This document shows, piece by piece, positions 16,092 to 22,926 of a DNA stretch of 64,000 nt. The DNA comes from Bacteroidaceae bacterium (lineage in GTDB: Bacteria; Bacteroidota; Bacteroidia; Bacteroidales; Bacteroidaceae). Made by a program: the position numbers and the translations under genes. Position 1 is the stretch's first letter. Each line of letters starts with the position of its first letter. The notes under the pieces were generated by a model that saw only the letters and a program-made list of their open reading frames with translations, did not search any database and had not been told where the DNA came from. Where the stretch lies: positions 13,684 through 77,683 of the forward strand of contig JAKSLR010000011.1 of assembly GCA_024401095.1 (NCBI GenBank), given 5' to 3'.

Positions 16092-16700
16092 ATGGAAGAA
16101 GAGAAGAAACTGGAAAGAAGAGGTGGTAAACGTGAAGGAGCAGGAAGACCATCAAAGTCTATTGACAGCAAGCTCTATACATTCAGAGCTGGAGGCAGTA
16201 CTGCAGAGTTTTTAGACAGGCAGGAGAACAAGACGGATTTCATTAAGGAATGCATCAGCCTCCGCATGCTGGGAGAATTCATTCCTGCTACCCAAGTAAA
16301 AGACATCACTCTTCCATTTTTTGACCTAGGTGTAGTTGCAGGTTTCCCCATCCCTCTGGACAATAATGAGAAAGCACAGGACATAGAAATCCTGAAACTG
16401 CTCTGCCCTCATCCGGAATCCTGCTACCTCATCCGCGTGGAAGGAAACTCCATGATAGATGCAGGCATCTTCTCCGGAGATCTGGTCATCGTAGACAAGA
16501 GCAAGCGGTATCCCAGTGAATCCGAAGTGGCGGTATGTGAGCTGAATGGAGAATACACTTTGAAACGCTTTGAGAAAAGAGGTTCTGAAGGATGGCTTAT
16601 TCCTGCTAATCCTGATTTCCCGGAAATAAAGATTAATCCAGGAGACAGTTTTTCCATCTGGGGAACAGTTACCTATATCATCCATAAACCAAGAGAATAA
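16092..16700 (+). CDS. umuD: UmuD/LexA-like S24 peptidase with an N-terminal extension of about 70 aa
   Basis: VVAGFP (Ala-Gly cleavage site), VEGNSMIDAG (Ser nucleophile), YTLKRFE (Lys). The stop overlaps the umuC start. Confidence 0.85.
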   Translation: MEEEKKLERRGGKREGAGRPSKSIDSKLYTFRAGGSTAEFLDRQENKTDFIKECISLRMLGEFIPATQVKDITLPFFDLGVVAGFPIPLDNNEKAQDIEILKLLCPHPESCYLIRVEGNSMIDAGIFSGDLVIVDKSKRYPSESEVAVCELNGEYTLKRFEKRGSEGWLIPANPDFPEIKINPGDSFSIWGTVTYIIHKPRE

Positions 16701-17968
16701 TGTGGGCTCTTATAGACTGCAACAGCTTCTTCTGTTCCGTGGAAAAGGTCTTTCACCCGGGACTGGAAGGCAAGCCGGTGTGTGTGCTCAGTAACAACGA
16801 TGGCTGTATCGTAGCACTTACACCGGAAGCTAAGGCTATCGGTCTTCACAGAGGTGACCCTATCTTCAAGGTAAAGGATATAGTAGACAGGTACAAGGTA
16901 GAAGTTTTCTCTACCAACATGTATCTCTATGCCGCCATGTCTAAGCGTGTGAACAGCATCATGCGAAAGGCGGTAATGCATGTAGAACAGTACAGCATAG
17001 ATGAGAGTTTCCTGAACCTGAAGGGCTATGAGCGGACGTATAATCTGGAAGAATTCATGCGTGAGCTGGCAGAGAGAATCAGGCTCTATACAGACATACC
17101 CGTAAGTGTGGGTGTGGCTCCCAGCAAGACCCTAGCCAAGATGGGCAGCAAGTTTGCCAAGAAGTACAAGGGATACCGGGGAGTGTGCATGATAGATACC
17201 GATGAAAAACGTAGAAAAGCCCTTGAACTTTTCGACCTTTCCGATGTTTGGGGAATCGGAAACAGAACCTTTGAGAAGCTGCATTACCTGGGAATAGATT
17301 CACCCCTCCAGTTTGCAGATAAGAGTGAATCCTGGGTAAGGGCCAATTTCCACAAACCTGGGCATCAGACATGGTTGGAATTAAATGGTATTCCTTGTAT
17401 TGACACATCTGAAATCATACAAAATAAGAACATCTGTACCAGCCGCAGTTTTGGTGAAATGGTCAGTGATCTCCCCTCTCTGAAAGCATCAATAGCCACA
17501 TTCGCTGGTAGTTGTGCCAATAAGCTCAGAGGCCAGAATGCCGGAGCCCAAGCCGTAACCGTCTTCCTCATGAGCAACCGTTTCCGTGAAGACCTGGAGC
17601 AGTACGGTAACAGTGCCTCCACCACCTTTGTCGTACCCACCTCTGATACCCTTGAAATAACCAATGCTGCACTAAGAATACTGGAACACATTTACCGCCC
17701 AGGCATTCTATACAAGAAATCAGGAGTCATCGTGAGCAATATAGTCAGCATGAACCAGATTCAGGGAGACCTCTTCGACAGCATACCAAACCGCCCCCAA
17801 CGCCAACAGCTCATGAAGACCATAGATGCCTTGAACCACCGTTACGGGCTCAAGACCATTCAGCTAGGTGTAGAAGGCGAATCCAAGCAGCCCTGGAAAG
17901 TGAAATGTGAGCACAGGAGTCCAAACTACTTGACTGATTTGAACGAGATACTAACTGTGAGGTGCTAA
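16700..17968 (+). CDS. umuC: Y-family translesion DNA polymerase UmuC (Pol V catalytic subunit)
   Basis: MWALIDCNSFFCSVEKVFHP...VLSNNDGC N-terminus is typical of UmuC; 422 aa. Confidence 0.9.
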   Translation: MWALIDCNSFFCSVEKVFHPGLEGKPVCVLSNNDGCIVALTPEAKAIGLHRGDPIFKVKDIVDRYKVEVFSTNMYLYAAMSKRVNSIMRKAVMHVEQYSIDESFLNLKGYERTYNLEEFMRELAERIRLYTDIPVSVGVAPSKTLAKMGSKFAKKYKGYRGVCMIDTDEKRRKALELFDLSDVWGIGNRTFEKLHYLGIDSPLQFADKSESWVRANFHKPGHQTWLELNGIPCIDTSEIIQNKNICTSRSFGEMVSDLPSLKASIATFAGSCANKLRGQNAGAQAVTVFLMSNRFREDLEQYGNSASTTFVVPTSDTLEITNAALRILEHIYRPGILYKKSGVIVSNIVSMNQIQGDLFDSIPNRPQRQQLMKTIDALNHRYGLKTIQLGVEGESKQPWKVKCEHRSPNYLTDLNEILTVRC

Positions 17969-18244
17969 GATGTTCGGCAGTCATACTTAAGGCAATTACT
18001 CCTAAATCAGAGAATTTCGGTACTACACCACGACGTGGTACATTACCCGATTCGTTAACAAATATGAGGAGAAATCCTTGCAGATCTCAAGAAATTTAGC
18101 GAATATTGCAGTCAAGTTGCGCATACGATGATTTGACCACCACTAAGATGTTGAAAATCAATAATATGTGTAACTTTTAAACATTAATTATTTATAAATA
18201 CAAATCCGCTAACGGGTAGAATACTAAAATAAAAAAAAATCATT

Positions 18245-18898
18245 ATGAAAAAGTTATTTAGTAGTATTGCGATTATGGCATTTGCTCTCGCGTCAGTTTA
18301 CAGTTTCACATCGTGCAGCAAGGATGATGACAATAATATTCCAGAAGATCCACAGCCAGTGTATCTTCCTATTGAGTCGATTGAGGGCTGTCTTGCGTAT
18401 GACTATTCAGCTGAAGCTCTCGAACTGTTTGACATCGTGTATGAAGTGACAGACTTTGAAGGAAAGAAAGATGTAATCATCGTTACCGAGCCAGGTAAAG
18501 TGGAGAAATTTTACAAGGCAAAGAAAATTACTGATGAGGCAACTGTTAAGCTCACCGTTACGGCTAAGGAAGTGGAAGCCATTGGAACCGAAGCTACATT
18601 TAAGCTTAAGTTCAACACTTATGTTTATTTACCAACAACAGTGAAAGGCTATACATTTGCTCCTAGAGAATTAAAAGGATTTGATTCACGTTTCTTTACC
18701 GAAGCAGTTCAGACTTATGAAAATGCTTATATCAGTGCTGTTCAATCAACGTACGTAGGTACATACGAAACTAAGTTAGCTCTCCCAAAGGAGTATCACA
18801 ATGGCGTAACACAGGAGTGGATAGACGCTAATAAAGAAATAATACTGAGTAGTAATACTATCTATTACGCTTTAGGAATAAGAAATGCGACTCGTTGA
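18245..18898 (+). CDS. Hypothetical lipoprotein
   Basis: Signal peptide with lipobox (SVYSFTSC-SKDDD). Confidence 0.6.
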   Translation: MKKLFSSIAIMAFALASVYSFTSCSKDDDNNIPEDPQPVYLPIESIEGCLAYDYSAEALELFDIVYEVTDFEGKKDVIIVTEPGKVEKFYKAKKITDEATVKLTVTAKEVEAIGTEATFKLKFNTYVYLPTTVKGYTFAPRELKGFDSRFFTEAVQTYENAYISAVQSTYVGTYETKLALPKEYHNGVTQEWIDANKEIILSSNTIYYALGIRNATR

Positions 18899-19098
18899 GC
18901 CGCATTTTCTATCTTAAACCAGAGAACACCCCAAAAACACCATCCCCACCCCAAAATATGCCCTGCAAAATAACGCATTTCAGTGCACAAACGGAAATAA
19001 GCCTCTGTAAGCGCCGATAATTCCTGCTGGGTAGAACTGGTCCACGAACTTTGAGATAATGGCAGGAAGGGGTGTTTCTGAAAGCCGATTTTTTGGGG

Positions 19099-20511
19099 TC
19101 ATTCCAGCTTTTTGCCACATCCAGGGCAAAACTTGAAATTACCATCGAGTTTTGTTCCACAGGAAGGGCAGTAGTTCCATTTTGTCGATAAATTCTGCAC
19201 TTTTGGCTCCTCTACAACTGGTTTCTCAAAAACAGACTGAAGAGCAGCATCAGTTGTTGCGTGGTCGAAATTTCCCATATATCGCTCTGTCGTTTTAAGA
19301 TTTGAATGAGCCAACATTTCCTGAACCATAAGATTATCAATACCTTTTATTTTCGCCATATGAGCAAAAGTATGACGTGATATGTGGAATGACAGATTCT
19401 CTTTTGGAATATCCGCTAGTTCTGCTAACTTTTTCAGCTGTTTGTTGATAGACGCTGTTTTTGAACCAATGGCCTCCATCAGCTTCTTTTTTATTTCTGC
19501 TGGCATAGTCCATCTATCTGCAGCTAAAGCATATTCAGCATTGTTATCCAGAAGAGGAAAAATATAATTACTTCTGTTTTCTGCAGTCCATTCGTATAGT
19601 TTTAAAATCTTTTGTGCGGGCTCAACTAATATCATATCACGAATCTTTCCGTTTTTATCCATCTGATACGTCAGCCTCTGGTTATTATCAAAAACATTAG
19701 ACCATCGGAGTTGCAGGAAATCCCCTACCCGGATTCCCGCACAATAGTAACTAAACATGAAATAATTTCTGCAGTGCCAAACCAACGAGTCCTCTGGAAC
19801 TTCTAACTCTGCAATTCTTTGAATTTCAGCTTCAGAAAGTTTAGCTTTTTCTGTTGGTTTTGTTTTTATTTGTAAGCTATTGAAAGGATACGCATCTGAT
19901 GGCATCAATTGAAGATCAATGGCATGGTTTACAAGTCTCTTAAATATATTGAACTGAACTTCAATCGTATTAGGACTTAATTTGGCTTTCTTGCTTGGAT
20001 CCGTAATACGGCTGTTATTTAAATTACAGAGAAAATGATAGAATTTATCCACGAATGCAGGCGTGATTTCTTTAAAGGTAAGATCTTTTCCATTCATGAA
20101 TTTCTCAAGTTTCACACAAAAGCCATAATATTTTCGCCAATTTCGTACTCCACCGTCATCAAAAATCTCTTGAGTCCTTTTTTTAGCATAAACCAGAAAT
20201 GAGGAACTAGTTTCTTTTTGTTCTATCGCGAAGATAATGTTTCCTACAGTTGCCTTCCCTTCATCTCTTAATTTGCGGTAGTCAGACTTGGCCGATTCTA
20301 CAAACTTTTCTAAAGAATCATTCCAGACTCTGTAGTTAGGCTCAGAGCTACGGATGCATTTTTTTTCTTTGTTCCAATCTTTTTCACTCTTCAATTCAAT
20401 TGGAGTCTTTATTCTACGCAGTTTTCTATCTTGTGTGATTCTTAATAAAATCGCCCACTTCCCACTTTTATTTGGTCTGTTGTTCAGTTCTAATACGAAA
20501 GATGTAGCCAT
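19099..20511 (-). CDS. int: Site-specific tyrosine integrase (Bacteroidetes type) with a C-terminal zinc-ribbon extension
   Basis: HISRHTFAH and LAHSNLKTTERYMG (R-H-R-Y catalytic set). N-terminal arm-binding-type domain. C-terminus is NYCPSCGTKLDGNFKFCPGCGKKLE. Confidence 0.9.
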   Translation of the reverse strand: MATSFVLELNNRPNKSGKWAILLRITQDRKLRRIKTPIELKSEKDWNKEKKCIRSSEPNYRVWNDSLEKFVESAKSDYRKLRDEGKATVGNIIFAIEQKETSSSFLVYAKKRTQEIFDDGGVRNWRKYYGFCVKLEKFMNGKDLTFKEITPAFVDKFYHFLCNLNNSRITDPSKKAKLSPNTIEVQFNIFKRLVNHAIDLQLMPSDAYPFNSLQIKTKPTEKAKLSEAEIQRIAELEVPEDSLVWHCRNYFMFSYYCAGIRVGDFLQLRWSNVFDNNQRLTYQMDKNGKIRDMILVEPAQKILKLYEWTAENRSNYIFPLLDNNAEYALAADRWTMPAEIKKKLMEAIGSKTASINKQLKKLAELADIPKENLSFHISRHTFAHMAKIKGIDNLMVQEMLAHSNLKTTERYMGNFDHATTDAALQSVFEKPVVEEPKVQNLSTKWNYCPSCGTKLDGNFKFCPGCGKKLE

Positions 20512-20608
20512 AATTTCGGAGTTTTTTTTCTCATGTTGAAAAAATGTTGTAACTTTGTTTCTGTAACAGCGGCAAAAATACAGAAAAATACATGGGAAAC
20601 CAAATTCT

Positions 20609-20630
20609 GCTGAAACATTGCTGAAACATT
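20609..20630. repeat. Tandem 11-bp direct repeat GCTGAAACATT x2 in the integrase-proximal arm
   Basis: Read directly. Followed by AT-rich inverted repeats (CATTTT-ATTGC-AAAATG and others). Confidence 0.5.
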
Positions 20631-20730
20631 TTGCAGTTTTCGTTGCATTTCATTACATTTTATTGCAAAATGAAATTTTACAAAATGCTGATTATGAATG
20701 CTTAAATAGTATTTAGGAGCAGTAATGTTC

Positions 20731-20757
20731 GTGCGGGTTCGAGTCCCGCTCCGGGCA
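20731..20757 (+). other. Orphan 3' fragment of a tRNA-Leu-like gene (T-arm plus 3' acceptor strand); putative att core
   Basis: GTGCGGGTTCGAGTCCCGCTCCGGGCA closely matches the 3' end of enterobacterial tRNA-Leu as I recall it. No complementary 5' acceptor strand (GCCCGGA) within 100 nt upstream. Confidence 0.65.
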
Positions 20758-20766
20758 CAGAAAAAG

Positions 20767-20801
20767 CTCCTAAATAGACACAAACTATTTAGGAGTTTTT
20801 T
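20767..20801 (+). terminator. Rho-independent terminator after the tRNA fragment
   Basis: CTCCTAAATAG-ACACAAA-CTATTTAGGAG (11-bp perfect stem), then TTTTTT. Confidence 0.7.
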
Positions 20802-20855
20802 CATGCATTTTAATAAGCAAATGTAAGAGTTTTTTGCAGAATAAAAAAATATTTC

Positions 20856-20863
20856 TACTTTTG
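20856..20863 (+). promoter_or_regulatory. TAnnTTTG box (TACTTTTG)
   Basis: Lies 50 nt upstream of ATG 20914. Confidence 0.4.
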
Positions 20864-20913
20864 CAAAGAACAAACATACGAATAAAAAGGTCAACAATAA
20901 AATCTATCAAAAC

Positions 20914-21420
20914 ATGAAAAAACTATTTATCGCTTTACTACTCCTTTGCAATGTACTTACAATTGTCTTGGTTATCATTCTGACTAATAAGGTTAAGAGT
21001 CAAGAACATGACGTGGTTCCAGAACCGATAGAAGAAAGCATACTGCCAACGGCCATAACCACCACTGATGCACCTGCAGCCATAGGTCCTTATTCACAGG
21101 CCATTAAAGCTGGCAATATGGTATTTGTTTCCGGACAACTTCCAATTAATCCTGAAACAGGAGAATTTGCAGAAGGTGATATTAAAGACTTGGCGAGACA
21201 GAGTCTTACCAATATTCAACATATTCTTGAAGCAGAGGGTCTCTCTATGGCTAATGTAGTCAAAACCACTGTATTTCTGGCAGACATCAAGGATTTTGCA
21301 GCAGTTAATGAAGTATATGCTACGTTTTTCAAAGAGCCATTCCCTGCACGATCTGCCATGGCAGTAAAAGACTTGCCTAAGGCTGGTCCTATTGAAATAG
21401 AATGCATAGCTGTACGCTAA
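20914..21420 (+). CDS. ridA: RidA/YjgF family deaminase with an N-terminal hydrophobic anchor
   Basis: APAAIGPYSQAIKAGNMVFVSGQLP...ARSAMAVKDLPKAGPIEIECIA. The first 25 aa or so are a hydrophobic helix. Confidence 0.85.
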   Translation: MKKLFIALLLLCNVLTIVLVIILTNKVKSQEHDVVPEPIEESILPTAITTTDAPAAIGPYSQAIKAGNMVFVSGQLPINPETGEFAEGDIKDLARQSLTNIQHILEAEGLSMANVVKTTVFLADIKDFAAVNEVYATFFKEPFPARSAMAVKDLPKAGPIEIECIAVR

Positions 21421-21560
21421 AGATACAGCAAAAGAAGCTCTGTCACTATGTTGGCAGTCCTCTGTCAAAAGGTTGACAGAAGCCTGTCAAAAGATAGGCA
21501 GAGTCAGAAGAACAAGTCGTGCCTAGAGCACAAGAAAAACAGAAGAGAATTAACGCTAGA

Positions 21561-21800
21561 CTCTTCACCTCTTCACTTTTGGCCTCTAATTTTCTGGTTT
21601 TCAGATTTTTGCAGAGGTGAAGAGTTGGTTCAGCTCTTCACCACTCTTCACCGCATTTCACCCCGAATGGTCAAAAACAGTATACTTCTGCCCAGAAAAG
21701 ATGAAGAAAGGTGAAGAGTGGTGAAGAGTCAAAGTGACTCTTCACCCACATAACCAATTGATTTCTTGCAAGTTGCAAGCCAAAGGTGAAGGGTGAAGAG
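21561..21800. repeat. Array of GGTGAAGAG / CTCTTCACC 9-mers, several forming hairpins
   Basis: Eight exact copies. Plus orientation at 21616, 21710, 21720, 21792; minus orientation at 21561, 21634, 21644, 21738. Partial copies also occur. Hairpins at 21616-21642 and 21720-21746. Confidence 0.75.
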
Positions 21801-21823
21801 TTTAACGATGTACGCTCAATTTT

Positions 21824-22642
21824 TTAGATAGAGAACGCGTTGAAGCCGCCATCCACTGCCATGATGGTACCTGTTACTCCCAAAGAAGCATCGGAAGCTA
21901 AATAATGCAAGGCACCAACCAACTCGTCAGGCTCTAAGAAGCGACCGAATGGAGTATGCCCAATAATCTGATGCGAACGTTCTGTAAGACTGCCATCAGG
22001 GTTAGTCAGCAAAGTACGATTCTGGTTAGTCAGCAAGAAACCCGGAGCGATACCATTTACACGCAAGCCTTCGCCGAACTTAGTAGCCAATTCACCAGCC
22101 AGCCATTGAGTCCAACTATAAAGTGCAGATTTTGCCATGCCATAGCCACATACACGAGTCAATGGACGGAAAGATGACATACTGCAGAAATTGATTATAG
22201 TACCCTTCTTTTTCTCTACCATAGCTTTTGCGAACACTTTGGTAGGGATAATAGCACCAAAGATATTTAATTCAAATACCTTACTAGTGGCAGAGAGGTC
22301 CATATCAAAAATGGTCTGTTCTGGAGCTACATTGGCAGCACCCATGTTACCACCGGCACCATTAAGCAGGATATCTACACCACCGTATGCAGCAAGAATA
22401 TCTTTCAAATTCTGCTCCAGAACGTCTGCATCAAGAACATTTGTAGGCAGAAACATAGCTTCCCCACCCTCTGCCTTGATTTCAGCAACAAGTTTCTCTC
22501 CAATCTCACGAGCACGTTCCAAGTCCAAAAGAACAACCTTGCATCCTTGAGAAGCAAAATACTTAACAATAGTAGCACCCAGAATACCACAAGCACCTGT
22601 CATGACAGCAACTCTGTCCTTAATGTCAAATAGATTTTTCAT
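21824..22642 (-). CDS. SDR family oxidoreductase
   Basis: TGACGILG (TGxxxGxG) and YGMAK (YxxxK). Confidence 0.85.
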   Translation of the reverse strand: MKNLFDIKDRVAVMTGACGILGATIVKYFASQGCKVVLLDLERAREIGEKLVAEIKAEGGEAMFLPTNVLDADVLEQNLKDILAAYGGVDILLNGAGGNMGAANVAPEQTIFDMDLSATSKVFELNIFGAIIPTKVFAKAMVEKKKGTIINFCSMSSFRPLTRVCGYGMAKSALYSWTQWLAGELATKFGEGLRVNGIAPGFLLTNQNRTLLTNPDGSLTERSHQIIGHTPFGRFLEPDELVGALHYLASDASLGVTGTIMAVDGGFNAFSI

Positions 22643-22671
22643 GTCTTTACTGTTTTTATTACACTCTGGTG

Positions 22672-22679
22672 CAAATTTA
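22672..22679 (-). promoter_or_regulatory. TAnnTTTG box (TAAATTTG, minus strand)
   Basis: Lies 30 nt upstream of ATG 22642. Confidence 0.45.
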
Positions 22680-22681
22680 AT

Positions 22682-22728
22682 AAAAAAAAACTTAGACCAC
22701 TATCTATTCACATAGAAAGTGGCCTAAG
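22682..22728 (-). terminator. Rho-independent terminator (minus strand)
   Basis: CTTAGGCCACT...AGTGGTCTAAG (11 bp, one mismatch) followed by T9 on the minus strand. Confidence 0.6.
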
Positions 22729-22926
22729 ACAAATCCTGTTTTTAACCTTAATCTTATAAACCTTAAAAATCCAATTATGTATGAGAGATCTTTTATTCTT
22801 TTACTGTTGCAAAGATAGAAGCTGCACTCGTATTTATAAAACTTTTAAGGATCAATTTGGTTAAAATTAACTATAATTGATTGTTTCTTTATAACATAGT
22901 TGCGATTTTAGCAACTAGAATATAAA

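Larger units (their letters stand above)
1..20757. mobile_element. Integrated mobile genetic element (right-hand >=20.7 kb); right junction at a tRNA-Leu-like 3' fragment beside a tyrosine integrase; left end outside the window
   Basis: Integrase 19099-20511 lies next to an orphan tRNA 3' fragment. Cargo is replication, recombination and SOS-mutagenesis genes plus many ORFans in short terminator-bounded units. Housekeeping genes begin right of about 20800. Confidence 0.7.

Noticed and set aside
17969-18244. Near-palindrome GTACTACACCACGACGTGGTAC and surrounding 275-nt gap after umuC, considered as a possible att or ncRNA site
   Set aside because: There is only a short imperfect palindrome (6-bp arms) with no flanking repeats or terminator/promoter pairing. 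That is insufficient to call anything.
18920-19098. Inverted matches AACACCCCAAAAA (about 18923) versus GGGGTGTT / TTTTTTGGGGT (about 19065-19097), considered as ends of a miniature element
   Set aside because: The matches are short (8-10 nt) and G/C-homopolymer-biased, and the right copy overlaps the integrase stop region. This could be chance.
20641-20760. A complete tRNA gene next to the integrase
   Set aside because: Only the T-arm and 3' acceptor strand are present. The complementary 5' acceptor strand (GCCCGGA) and the D and anticodon arms are absent in the 100 nt upstream. I treat it as an att remnant rather than a tRNA gene. A covariance-model scan (tRNAscan-SE) would settle this.
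20490-20897. 135-aa minus-strand ORF
   Set aside because: It crosses the ridA promoter, the terminator, the tRNA fragment and the att arm repeats. It is implausible as a gene.
21448-21714. 88-aa ORF in the track spanning the ridA-SDR intergenic region
   Set aside because: It is a read-through of the GGTGAAGAG/CTCTTCACC repeat array. It has no promoter box or coding-like composition, and the hairpins lie inside it.
21561-21800. CRISPR array
   Set aside because: The repeat unit is only 9 bp, copies occur in both orientations with irregular spacing of 1-60 nt, and there are no cas genes in the window.
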